From Epiperipatus broadwayi (taxonomy: Eukaryota > Animalia > Onychophora), in the NCBI GenBank assembly GCA_028023455.1, contig JAQFVV010000005.1, forward strand, positions 22,940,001 to 23,004,000: a DNA stretch of 64,000 bases. The letters run 5' to 3'. Below are positions 26,012-39,463 of this stretch, one piece after another (the stretch's first letter is position 1; the number at the start of each line of letters is the position of its first letter). The notes under the pieces are model-generated. The model saw only the letters and a program-made list of their open reading frames with translations, ran no database searches and had not been told where the DNA came from. The position numbers and the translations under genes were made by a program.

Positions 26012-28149
26012 GTAAGTGAGCATAACCAATGGACATCGGATAGTAATGCTATCTAAAAATCTTGCTATTTTTTGGTTATTGGTCTTCCTTAGTGAGAGGC
26101 ACTGGATTTTAAATATCCATTAATAAGCCATATTTATTTCTTTTATATTGATGAACTTTATAATTTTAATCTATTAATGTTAACTAAGCATAAGTGCTGT
26201 GAACTAAAATTTAACATTAATAATGGTTTTACTTGTTAACTCTTTTAACAATTTATGTCAGCTTTGTAGTATTTAAAATATGTATAAAATGTAATAAACT
26301 TGACATATATTGAGGATATAAAATAATGGATATCCTTAAAGAAAAAATCCAGTTGGAATTAAAATATTTTCATGTGAAGTTCACAGAAATTGATGAATTT
26401 AGACATTAGTGCTTTGACTGATTTAATAAGAATAAATAGAAACTAAAATTTGAAATTATAAATGCTTAGTATGATCATATTATGTTAAATGACAAATCAA
26501 CATACATAAGAAAATTTATCATTCTTCAGTTGGTCTATATAGGAATATGTATGGAAATACATTTTAGAAATTTATTTAACTCTTCTCCATTGTAATTTTT
26601 AAATATATACTGGGCCTCCTATGCTTTTTTTTATTAACATTTAATATATATTATTTGTATATTTATTTTTTAGCATATTTGTATCATATGCATATTGTAA
26701 TCGGTTGGGTTACATGGCACACAACAACATAATGGTGTGTGTGCCCATATACATATAAAATAAAGGAAAAAAGTAGAAATAAGCAATAAATTTTGTAGAT
26801 ATTTTCTACATTTTCTGGAATAAGTAAAAGATTAAATAATTTTGGTTTTAAAATAATATTTTTATTATAAATTAAACATTTTAAAAGGTCTAAATAAATA
26901 TTATTATTTTGTTTTGAGATTTAAAAACAAGCATGTTAAACTGATAATTGTAAAAATTCCCCTATTATCTGTTTTTGAAGTCTTTTAATTAAGGCTTGTA
27001 TACATTTCACTATCTAGTTAAAAATCTTTGTAGATTATAAAATTCCAAAGGATTAAAGTTAATTGAAATCAACTTTTTCCAATCATACTTTTGATAAAAC
27101 TTCAGATTTGCTTTCAAAAGGATTAGAATTGTTTTTAATCAAGAAAAAAAAAGTTTTTAAATTTAGTATTTTTTATCATCTCCATTCTACTATAAAAGGA
27201 GTTGATAAAAAGATTAGTTTCAGTTTGGATAGTAATTTTTTTGAAAAGCAGTAGCTACCATGAAGATGTAGCTGATGTCAAGCCAGTAGATCCTGCAGTT
27301 AGTGGCATACTAGGTCTATATATTGGAGTTTTGATTCATCTGAAGCCTGGGTCGACTTCATAATGAATCAATTAGTCTGTATAAATGTGTTATGGAAAAC
27401 AGTTTGCTGGCCTAAAGCTTATTAAACTCTAGACTGAAGGGAAGTGATAGAATGCCAACATATTTGATTATGTCTTTCCTGATGCTGACTTATCTGGACT
27501 ATATCTATCTCAATGATGACAAGCCAGTCTACAAGTTTGCCCAGAGAAGCCATCAGTGGATGAATTAATTATATATATATATATGCTATTTTAGCTATGT
27601 GCAGAGAAGCACAGATAAACATATATACAAGGGTGATTAACATTATATTAAAAATAGCATTTTAAAGAACAAGTAAATTATTTTACTTGGGTTAAATGTC
27701 TAAAAATGAAGATTTAATTGATAGAAGCTATTATATTTGTTTTTTCAAGAGAATAAATGAAAATCATTTAAAATCTATATATTTAAATTTAAAACATTAT
27801 TAGCAACCTATGATAGTGATATATATATATCAAGACTGAAATTTTGAATGATTTCTTTGGTAAAATGACATTTAAAATATAACTTAAAACAAGTAAATAA
27901 TTTTACTTGGATTTAAAAATCAAAAAGTAAAGAATAGACAATTCTAAAAGTGTAATAATTAATTAACATCTGTTAAAGGCTAATTCTATTTTTTAAAAAA
28001 AAAATGGAAGAAATCTAAAACAAATCTTTTAGAGTAATCTATCAAAAAATATTAAATAAAATATACATGCTGGAGGATTTAACTTTTATCAATGATCAAG
28101 AAATTGATATTTTTTTAAAAAAAAAAGTTATTAAACTGTTATGCAAAAT

Positions 28150-28810
28150 ATAATCTTATTATTGTGTTAAATTAAAATATGATGTAAATCTCAGTGTGCA
28201 AATATATGCAAATATTTATGTAAAATTTTAATCAAATTTTGTTTTATATGATGATTGAGATATATTCATCAAATGTACTGCACATCTGTGTGTGCATATA
28301 TATATCAATGTGTGTCAAATAGACAAATTTTGATCATTTATTCTATTATTTATGACAATTCAAGTATGTTCAGAAATTATAGCCACATGTCTGTGTGCTG
28401 AATGTTTTAAGTAAACATATTAGAACATATATATATATATAAATCACAATATAGTAAACTGAATTTTATATATTAATTCAAGTAGACACATATATAAAGT
28501 TTAATTATTGTATATCATTAAATGTCAATTGAAAAGTATTCATTTCTAAATTATAATGCATATCTGTGCAGATATATATATATATATGCATTTTATGTAA
28601 ACTCGTTTGGAAATCTTGTAAATCACAATTTAATAGTTTTTATTTTATGTTAACACATATGTAAATTTTAATCTTTTTTTATTATTAAATGTCAATTCAA
28701 ATATGTATTCATTGTGTATTGCAATGCATGTCTGTGCGCATATCTATATATGTGTTGTATGGGAACATATTAAGAGATTGTAAACCAATGTAATCACTTG
28801 AATTTTGTGT
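28150..28810. repeat. Old degenerate tandem array, about 4 units of ~100-170 bp
   Basis: Recurring aaatgtcaatt...gca(t/c)(a/g)tctgtg(t/c)gc..atatata cores at ~28280, 28385, 28555 and 28725. Confidence 0.4.
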
Positions 28811-31800
28811 TAAGGTTGTAACTCATAGCATGATAATTTTTTTATTGTATATTAATAGAAATCAGAAGGCTTATGTATTTAGTCATATTCTAAAGACACT
28901 AATTTCATTTCTTATTAATTGTTATATAATAAACTTGTATTCAATTGTTAAAATTATTCCAGTGTCTTAATTGTAAATAGTTATAGAATATCATATAAAT
29001 CATCTTGATCACTGTAATCGTAATAGATATCATAAATGGGGGTGTATGTTTAGTGCAGGGGCATTCAGTTGACAAAGGTCCTGTTTGGACGTGAAGAGTA
29101 TATTTTTCAAAGCCGATGCACTACATTTTTATTTTAGTTTAGTTTTTATTAGAATTTAAATTTAAAATGACTAGTACATTAAAGGTACTAAGTGGCCAGA
29201 GCATTAATGATGATCAGCATGATTTAATATCCCAGCATTATTGTTTTTATGGTTATGTATTCTTATGGGTGAGCACTTAGCAAACAAGTTATGTTTAAAT
29301 AATTGCCCAAGCTGGGAAAGGCTAAATAGTTGGTCTGGTATACAGTAGACTTATTTCAAGTCCAGCCACAAGCTGGACTATTGATTTATTGTATTGATGT
29401 ATTTTGATTGATCATTCATGGTGATGAATGGTTTCAAGTATTACTTTTACTTATGGATGATTTTTATTTATTTATAATGCTAGTTGATCTATGGTTAATT
29501 ATATTTTTAGTTGCTCTGTGGAGTAGCTGGGTGATCTATGAGAGTGATCTCAGTGAGCTTTCAAGATCTCTTATATATCTTTAATAGTAAAAATTACTTT
29601 AATACTTTAATATTTAATTTGAAAATTGTTTATTTGTTGATGAATACTATCATTCCACCCCATCCTCCCCATCCTATTACAATATCTTTGCAAATAAAAA
29701 ATATATATGATAATTTCTTAACTATTTCTTTAGTTTTTTTTATTTGGTATAAAGTAAACAGGTTGCATTCCATATCTCTTCTCTCAAAATTGTTACCTTT
29801 TTCATATCTAAAAAAAATGCAGATATAAACGTTTTTATTTACAAGTATTACATTGATTAGCTTAAAGGGAAAAAGTTCTCATTTTTTTATATATTAAATT
29901 ATATCAAAAAAAATAATGAATATTGCTACACATACTTAAAGAAAATACATTTGAAAACTAACCTGTCTTGTAATAACAGAATTGTTTCCCCATGTTATTC
30001 AAAACTATAATTAAAATGAACTGTTTTAAGAAAATATCTTTAACAAACAGGAAGGAAGCAACTGCAAATACATTTCTGTTCAACAAACAGTGTATTGTAA
30101 ATAGGATATTGTAATTTAAAATATTTAATTATTAGTATACATTTCATACATGTTAATTATTAATCAAAATAATAAAAACACAAATGGCTGTATCCTACTG
30201 CTCATATCTTGAATTTGTCTTAATCTACTCTATCTAGCTCAAATGGCATAAAAAGTTAATGCAACAGGATAAATAAAGATTTATGTTGTATCTAAAACAT
30301 GTATAGTTATTTTATGATTTATTGTATACACATACAACTATCTTCATTGTATTATGGTATTTATATTTTTCCATATTTGCTTTATAAGAATGAAAACGAC
30401 TTAAAAATAGCTGAAATATTTTCTTTATTTTAACATTAGAACATGTTAGCTTTGTTAAAGCATTAGAAAGTGTCAATTCTATAATTTGAAGAATGTTGAT
30501 CTATATTAGATGTTTTTTATATAAACAATAATGGTAATTGTTAAGGGAAAAATTAGCATAAGTTATTCAACATTATTTCAACATTCACTTTTTAAAAAAA
30601 TGACACAAAGACAGTAAATTGTATCTTAAAAGGAAGACATCCAGCTACTGTATTTGAAGATTCTTATTTATAAGAGCTTAAAATACTAATAGCAACAATT
30701 TAACAACAACTATTTCTCAAAAGTGTAATAGGATTAAATATTATATTTCAACAGTAACTTTATTATGGCTTATATATAATAGGTATAAAAAAATGTGATA
30801 GCATAACTTTTTGCATATATTCAATATAATAAGGCTGCACAGACAAAAGTAGGAAAGTATTTTCTGGGGGGGGGGGGTTTCCAGTATCTAAGAAGAAGCG
30901 ATTTTTTTATAACTTTACTTTGTCCAAGTCTATTATATAATCTAGTGGAGACTAACTTTTATAAACAATTTCTGCTTACTAATGATCGTGTTTGGATACT
31001 TTTATGGGTAGTGGAGATATATAAATGTACATCTAATGTCCCAGGGGCAAATAAAATGGTAATTGTAAGATGAATAACAGGAAAGAAATCCTGAGAAAAG
31101 TTGGCATGTAATAGTGATAATGATTCAGAATGGGCAAGAGACTTAAATTCATTTATAAAATAACAGGCAAAATATAATCACAATAATGCAGAATTTGAAA
31201 GATTGATGAGTGAATCATATAAGCAGAGATGTTTGGAAGTGAGCAATATAAATTTTAAATTGTATTGTGAAAAGTAAATATGAGCGGTTTAGAAGGGACA
31301 GTATGATAAAATATCTGAACAATATTGGAAATCTGATATTTGATTTAAGATATGTCAAGAATAACAATGCTTGAACTGGAAGAATTCTGTAATAATTATA
31401 GAATTATTTATCTTTTCTTGTATTTCTCTACCACTCATCTGTAAATGAAAGAAATATTTTCAAAAAGGAAATCTCTCTGTAAAGGAAGGCAATATTTTCA
31501 GAAAGAAAATTTCTTACAGAATAAATGAGGCCACTTTTTACATAAGCTAAACAGAAATCAGATTATACAATTTTTTTTAAATGAACATTATTTTTAGGTC
31601 AATCTATTCCACTGCCATCATTATTAGCAACTATTCATAAATGAATATGACCATCTTAACTCTAGAAAAAGAGTAAAATTTTAAACATGGGATTTGCAGT
31701 GACTAGGTCGGCTTTTTCCATGCACAAGTTCACTATAAAATAATTTTTAGAATTCTGTTACCATTATTCACATCACATATCAAATTCAACACCACATGTA

Positions 31801-33679
31801 CCTTTAAATGGAGCCGATTTGATACCATTCCTTTCAGCAAATTGAATAGTATGCTGATTAGTTTTATGATTTCGCTGTGGGATTTAAAGAATGCTACAAT
31901 GAATCTTAAATGAAATCGATAGAGATTCTAACATTTCACTTCTATACAATAAATTAAGTTGAAAATGTATAATTAATTTAGTTGAAGCAGTTCTCTTACT
32001 ACAATGAAATATGCATATTTGTAGCAGCACTTTGGAATCTGGTTTGCATTTCAACATGTTAAGTCCACCTTTCTACTTGAAAAAGCTATCAAAATATTTA
32101 AATTGATTCATTTTCTCATGTTGATAACAATCGAAGTCAAAGTTACTGAAGATTTTTCTCCACCACTGATTACTAAATTTTTTTAAACATTATTATTAGT
32201 TAATTCTTTATGTATTATGTTGGATTAGATCCTAAGTTTGACCAGATTAATACTATCAACAGCATTCTGTAAATGTAGGTAGAAACCAAAATGAAATTTC
32301 TTTTTTCTTTTTTACTACTTCAAAATACATTTTATTTTAATGTTTACTTCATAAAACCACCTATAAACTCTTCCACAGATCTCATTTATAACAGTTGAAG
32401 TCAACTGGGGAATTATTACACATCCCTAATTTACATTATGTTTACATTAAATGACTCAGATTTGTTCGCAACTATTACCTGTACGCTGCATAATTTGAAA
32501 AAATTTTGGAGGACATATAGATGTTTTTAAATTTTGCTGTAAACTATCTTTACTAATTAAGTCAAATGTCTTTACCAAGTAAATAAAAATGATATGTAAA
32601 ACACACTTTTATTTATATATATATTTTGTTTAATATTTGCCTGACAATGAAAACTATAACTACAGTGCTTTTTTGATTTTCAATAACTGCTGAATTTCTG
32701 GTAGTTGTTCATGTATGATTGTAGGCAAGTTTTCTTAAAGGTACTTTTGCTATAGAGGATCTTTTTGTTAATAAGCTTTTAAATACCTTAATTAATATCA
32801 GCAAGTTAGATAATTGTCAAAATCTAAATGAATCTGTATTGATGAAGAGCAGGAAATATTGCAAGAGAGGCTTTAGGTTGGATTCTGTAAAGATACTGTC
32901 CTCATATCATAGAAAATTCTTGTTCCAAATACGTTACTAAGAATTATTTTGCAGTCAGTCTTATAACAAGACAATTTAATAAACTTGTAAATAATTTTAC
33001 TTTTCATTTATGAAAGGGCATTGGTAAATGAAAAGTAAAATTATTTGCAAGGTTATCTTTTTATGAGTTGCCCACAAAAGTAATTCTTAGTAATGTATTT
33101 GAAATGAGATAAAAGTATAATTTTAAATGTTACATATTCAAGGCAGTAGTAAATTATTTACATGTTATTGAAATTAGTTTCAGATGTTATCATAGAGATA
33201 TAATTTGGAGATTTATGGATGATGTCCAGAACAACCTGGAATGAAATTGATCAGATGGTGGAAGGTAGAATTGCATGGAAATTTATTGAGAATTAAAAAA
33301 TAATTATTGATGGTGATCTTGATTTGGTTTTTGACTGAGGCAGTGGAGTTCTGGTCATTTATAAGTATATACAGTTAAAAGAAATGAAACTGTAGCATTA
33401 CTATTAATTGAAGAGGGGGAATACTTTTAGGTTTAGTGTTATTAAAGAATGAAAATAGCTAGAATGGTTTTATGCTGACAGAGGAAGTGGAAAATAGAAA
33501 TGCTTCAAGATGCTAGAGAATTAACAGCAATAATATATATGTAGAATAATTAAAAATTTATGGATTGCTAATTAAATGTTAAAAAGAAATTTGCATGTGG
33601 ATTTTTATTTTATTAAACCATTGATCTCTGTTGATCATAATGATGCAAAAATATTGGTTTTAAAATCAAATTTTCTAAC

Positions 33680-35160
33680 AATGATGACATTATTTTCAAT
33701 CATTATCAATCTGCTGCAGGATAAGTCTCTAAGTTTACTCCAGCTTCTGTATTCCATAGCTTCTCTTCTTATATCATATGAACAAACTTCTTTTTTTCAT
33801 CTATTGTCTTTTATAATATCTTAGGATCCAATGTAAAACTTCACTTGTCCATCTATTATCATCTTTTTTAGCATATATCCAGTCCAGTTCCATTTCATCC
33901 CCTTCATTTTTTCAATGATTTTATTGATATCTTTATTCTCTCACTAATATATTTTATTTTTGATCTCTTTTTATTACCTCTACCATACATCTCTCCATAC
34001 TTTTGTTGAATGATCTGAAGTTACTGTATGATTCTTCTGTTAAGTGTCCAAGACTCAACATTAATTTCAGTTTTAATATTATTTCTTCTAAAAGCAGTCT
34101 ATCCATGTTTAATTCTATAATTCTGATGTATTTGTAATTTCTGAGTCATGATCACTTTTTATTTTTTCTTCTGCAAAATCCATTGAGCCTTACTTTAATC
34201 TTTAATCTTTAGTCCTTTATTACTTTCATTTGATAATTCTTGCAATATTTCCAAAAGTTCTGAAACATTATTTGCGAAAACAAACACATTATCTGCAAAA
34301 TCTAGATAATTCTAATGATCTCCATTTATTTTTGCTTCTTTAATTTTTCATTTAAATTATAAAATTGCTGTAAAAAATTCTGGTCATATGGAGTCACCCT
34401 GTCATATAGTCTTCTCAATATTAATCTTCTTAGTATTACCCGATAATCTAATCACTGGTGTTGTGTTTGGATAAATATTCTTCAGAATATAACAATAAAT
34501 ATCCTGGATCTATATTTTGATGATCCAAAGCTTTAATCATTGTAGTGTTTTTTCATATCTCCAAATCTAAACCATAATGGTAACTCATATTCATTGGTCC
34601 TTTCCATAATTTCTTTCAATACTTGGACATGATCCATTGTACTAAACACACTTTTAAATCCAGTTTGAGTTTTTGATTCCTTAGAATCTAAAGTTCTCTA
34701 GAGACAAATTATAATTACCTTGATAAAGATTTTGCATAGAACTGATAGAAGATTGATAGGTCTGTCATTTCTAATATCTTCTTTATTACCTTCCTTAAAT
34801 GTCAATATTACTACTGCATTCTTCTAATCTTCTAGTACGTTTTTATCATTTAGACATTTGGTAGTTTTGTTAGTAATTTTTCTATTTTTTCCTTTTTAAA
34901 ATATTAATAATAATTCCATCATTTCCTGGAGTGTTTCCCTTCATAGATTTAATTGCATATCTCATCTTTTTTAAAATACTTGGCAGATTAAGAGATGTAG
35001 TAATTGTTTTTTTATTACTATATAATTCTTTACAGAATTCTTCCATAAATTTTATGATATCTTTTGTTTCAGCAATAACTTTCAATTCCAAGATGTTTAC
35101 ACTTTTGAGATTTTTATTCTCTTCTATTACTTTCTTTGACAAATCACAATAACATTTTTT
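33680..35160 (-). mobile_element. RTE LINE, degraded 5'-truncated copy
   Basis: ORF 34882-35142 (MRYAIKSMKGNTPGNDGIIINILK) is homologous to 42240-42470; LDFADNVFVFANN at ~34290; same 3' end motif (gagacttatcctgcag). Confidence 0.85.
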
Positions 35161-36797
35161 TATATTATTAATAACTTTTTTGTATCATTTTACAAAACTT
35201 TTGATATTTAATTCTTCTTAATGGATTCTTTTTAAAATTTTCGTATTCATTGTTTTTTGCATACATTACTATTATTTTAAAAATGTTTGAAATCATAGTA
35301 GTTTTAGAAGTCATATATATATAATATGTTATTAAAAAATAGGATTATTAATCCCTGTAAAAATCTTTGCTTTTAAACCGTTTTCTGCAAGATCTGATTT
35401 TAAATATGTTAACATACATTTTTCTGAATGGTTCAATAAAGTGCTGATTCTTAGACTAAGGCTTGTGTTCATCAGGTTAGGCCACATAGAAATTTTAGAG
35501 AGCTATATAAAAATTTGGAGGATAAAAATAAGTCTTAATAAGATTCATGGAATTATTAATCATGCTTTTGTAAAAATGCAATAGTTATATGTTAAAAAAT
35601 TAAATTAAACAAATCTGATCATTACTTCAAGGAAAAAAAAAGATAAAAAAAAAACTTGCTTTAGAGATGAGCGTTGTAACGATTATACAAACTAATTTGT
35701 GAACCACAGATATGTCCATATTTAGAATATGCTGGTACATTTTTCTGTTTGGTATTTTGGGGAAGCTCTTAGTTTTTTCAGCAGAAAACTTTTTGAAATA
35801 TTTCAATACTGTGTCTTAAGTATAGCTTTGATGTATTCTATTTTCTGCCATATCTTACCAAATGAAAATATTAAAACTGCACTTTTTAAAAATATCTTTG
35901 AGATAAATGGGGATCTACTTTTCCCATAAAAACGATGTTCAATCTCACGGTAAAAACACTTTTTCAGGAAAGCTTACACTGTCCATTCACTTTCCATGTC
36001 CAGTCTATCAAAGGCATGGTTTTGTAATAGTAGATATCAAGCAAGTTGAAAAATATTTTACTTGATTTTATGATCTTGCTATTATATTTTTAAATGTGCA
36101 GAGACTCTATCTTTTCAAATGCTTTTACTGTATTTACAGGATATCAAAGTCTCAGTTCCATACAATAAGATAAAATTACAAGTTTATATATAATTTAGTT
36201 GCAATAATTATTTTAACTGAAACACAGGCTTATTATTATTATTATTTTACTGTGATGAAATACCATATCTTTTTACACTTTAAAAGCAGCAGCGCATTGG
36301 AGTCGGTGCTGTCAACGAGCATCATTCAAAGTCCCCCTTCCTATTTTCAAAATTATGAAGATATTTATATTGGTTTTTATGTTCTCAACTATCCAAGTTA
36401 AAAGTTGCTGAGGACTTTTCTTCCGGGAACACCTGCTAAAGAACTTTTGTTTTTTGAACATTTATTATTAAACGAAAATCATTAACGATGTATTTAACGA
36501 TGTATTTAAATCTTATAAAAGATAGTTAAAAAGAATTTAAGTAATCATTAGTTTTTTTTATCCTTTGCCTAACATTAAATATTCACTATAAATGTACTAT
36601 TTAAAAATAAAATATTTTTAAAATAATAGAAATTTTATTACAAATAATTTTAATGTTTACATTGAAATACAGTATCTCCCACTTCAGATAATTCCATTAA
36701 TGATTATTACTAATTATTTATTTTATTCTTAATCTAGATATCAACTATAAACCCAGTTAAAAATTATATATCTGTTTTAACAAAAACACTTGATCTT

Positions 36798-36906
36798 GTC
36801 AAGCATTGGTGGTCGAGAGGTCAGCGCAACTGCGTTGCAAGCAGTTGTCCCGGGTTAGTGGGTTCGCTTCCTGGCTGATGCTATGACACATGAGAAAAAA
36901 CAAAAC
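36798..36906 (+). mobile_element. tRNA-derived short SINE, family A
   Basis: gtcaagcattggtggtcgagagg...gggttcgcttcctggctgatgctatgacacatgag + A-rich tail; 15-bp TSD aaaacacttgatctt at 36783-36797 and 36907-36921. Confidence 0.9.
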
Positions 36907-37288
36907 AAAACACTTGATCTTTATTTATATGTCTTAATAATATGTGGCTAGTTTCAAGTTTATTTAAAAATGAAATTCATTGCTATAAATCTATTTTTGA
37001 AACATTTTTTGTATCTAAACATATACACTAGAAATAAAGATAGGAAGAAAGGCTAAAACAGCAAATAGCAGCGACTTTAAAAAAAAAAAAAATTAAGTTG
37101 AATTTTACTAAAGGCTGTTCCTCATACACACAACTTTATTATCCAATTTTTGACAGGGAACAGGAAATTGGCTGATCTTCTAATATTAACTGAAGAAATT
37201 CCCCAATTGTTTGACTCAATTAATTGGTATTTTTATTGCATCAGATGTTTGCTATTTAATAATTTTATTTAATGAAAAAAATTATATG

Positions 37289-37464
37289 AAAAGAGACGGA
37301 GAGAGGGGGAGGGGAGGGAGAGAGAGGGGAGGGGGAGGGAGGGGAGGGGAGGGAGGGAGAGGGGGAGGGAGAGGGAGGAGAGAGAGAGGGAAGAGAGAGG
37401 AGGGAGGGAGAGAGGGAGGGAGAGAGAGAGGAGGAGGGAGGGAGGGAGAGAGAGAGAGAGAGAG
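37289..37464. repeat. Polypurine (GA/GGGA) low-complexity tract
   Basis: About 175 nt composed almost entirely of G and A. Confidence 0.95.
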
Positions 37465-37993
37465 ACCACTATTAAAATAGTGACTTAATTCAACAGGAAA
37501 AAGAAGAAGGAAAAATTGAACAAATAAAGTGGGGGTAAAAAAATGTATAGTGATTATTATTCAGAAATATTATCTATTGATGTTATTCTCAAAAAATAAG
37601 TTTGCTGGTTTTGTTGTTATTTCTTGAGTAATGTGGCCATATTAATGCTCCTCCCTTTTTTAATCTTAACAGCCATTCAGAAAAAGTATTAATCCATATG
37701 AACAACTCCGCATTAATATCATGGGATGGGGAAAAAATCTGTTAACTTCAGTATCCTTATCTTTTATAAGCGTAAATACTCAATGAACACTAGACAATAG
37801 TGCTTATCAAATCCTTACCTAGTTTAATATCATATTGCATGCATAACAGAAGTTTTCAACTATTGAATTCCTTTTGTGGAAATCCTTTATATTTGGCCTT
37901 AAGGAACGTCAGCAACGTTGATTTTCTTCTCTGAATGAATTCTTTATAAACTGATTTGCCCTCAATGTAACTTCCAAAAAATATATTCATTTT

Positions 37994-38304
37994 TTATTCT
38001 GCTTATAATTACGATAGAATGACAGCCTGTTAAGCTAATTGCGCAGACGCTGTGAGAATGTTATTAATAAATGAATACCTTCGAACAACCACATGATATA
38101 GTATTTGTGTAAGAGTAAAAAGGAATCCTCTTACCCTTACGACTCAAATGTTTATATATGAGCAAATCATGTGGTTGTTCGAAGGTATTCATTTATTAAT
38201 AACATTCTCACAACATCTGCGCAATTAGCTTAACAGGCTGTCATTCTATCGTAATTATAATCGCACGCAAGACGTTATAAAATAAATGCTTATTCTGCTT
38301 ATAA
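37994..38304. mobile_element. Hairpin insertion with one-sided tail and 15-bp TSD (Penelope-type architecture)
   Basis: TSD ttattctgcttataa at 37994-38008 and 38290-38304; arms 38003-38097 and ~38167-38260 with 2 mismatches; 29-nt tail 38261-38289. Confidence 0.85.
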
Positions 38305-39403
38305 ACAAATCTACATATTATATATAATTAGTTTCCCTGTTTTTGGCCTTTATCTTCACATCACTGGATGATTTTGCAGCAAGTTTTTACCATTGATAAT
38401 TGATCCTCCATCAGTGCTCGCAAAATGATGAGTTACTGAACTTGTATCAAAACTTACTTTGTTGATCAAGAAAAATATATTAGATTTATAAACTAAGCAT
38501 GTTGAAATTTTTTTGAATATTACAAATAATGTGTAGCTGGGTGGATACACTATTGTCACCTCTTTTTAAATGAAAGCAATTTTTCAGAAACTGATAATGA
38601 CTAGTGGCTAAATTATTATTTTCCTAATTAACTATGAGTGAAGGTAGAGAATGCTATGTTTTATAGTTAATGGAAATATACCTTCCTTGCTTTATTTAAC
38701 TTGAAATTTGTTATACTGATCAATATTCAAAATCACTTCTGTATAATATATATGAGCCTCATGGTAAAGGAATAGCATATTGCCAACCTTGTCCACAACT
38801 TGGATTTTAGATCCTAGGCTCGATAAAAATAGAATTTTTTTCTGTTCCAATTAAACTTAAGACTTTATTAATGATCTCCCCATGCTATATCATTAACCAT
38901 CCACTACTGATCAAATATATATACATTCTTAGAGAGTCAACAGGGATGAAAATAACGCAAATCCTCAACATTTGGCTAATGCCAAATGTTTTTTTTGCTA
39001 TCTTCTATGTGGGGAGTGTAGGGGGAGGGGAGGGCTATTGGAGACACTTTTTTTGCTTGTTAAAAACTTTTTTCTATATGTAATGACTGTGAAACAAAAA
39101 TTGAAATTGTTATAGTTTTTTCTAAGGTATTATATTAATTTTGATTATGTTTTGAATGAATTTATGATGGAGCCTGAAAGTGTTGTGCAGTTATCCAGTT
39201 CTTATCTTTATTTTGGTCTGTTTTTGTGATGGATAAGCTAGTATTAATGTATTGAAATTGAAAAGTTGTGAAATTATTTTAAAAAAAAAAATACTTACTA
39301 TGTTAATTTAGTGTATTTGTATTTTTCTCTTTTTAAATTTTTGCATGCTTTCTTTTAATAAAGTAAAAATACAACAAAAAAGCAACTTTTTTTTGGCCCA
39401 CAG

Positions 39404-39463
39404 ATGGAGCTAGTTGAACTCTTAAAGAAGCCATCTTTTGTTAAACTTTTCGCTTCCTGGAAG
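39404..39463 (+). CDS. Candidate 60-nt coding exon of an unidentified host gene (MELVELLKKPSFVKLFASWK)
   Basis: Strong acceptor (ttttttttggcccacag) and donor (AAG|gtgagt); only frame 0 is open; starts with ATG. Protein not recognised. Confidence 0.5.

Noticed and set aside
31020-33560. Purine-skewed stretches at ~31020-31330 and ~33200-33560 as LINE remnants
   Set aside because: Plausible, but no diagnostic motif could be read, so they are not reported as features.
36798-36906. Bona fide tRNA-Ala/Val genes (all family A copies)
   Set aside because: 8-bp anticodon stem, extra variable segment, poly(A) tails, TSDs and inconsistent anticodons indicate retroposed SINEs.
37211-37480. Gly/Arg/Glu-rich ORF and its antisense Ser/Leu/Pro ORF
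   Set aside because: Translation of a GA microsatellite.
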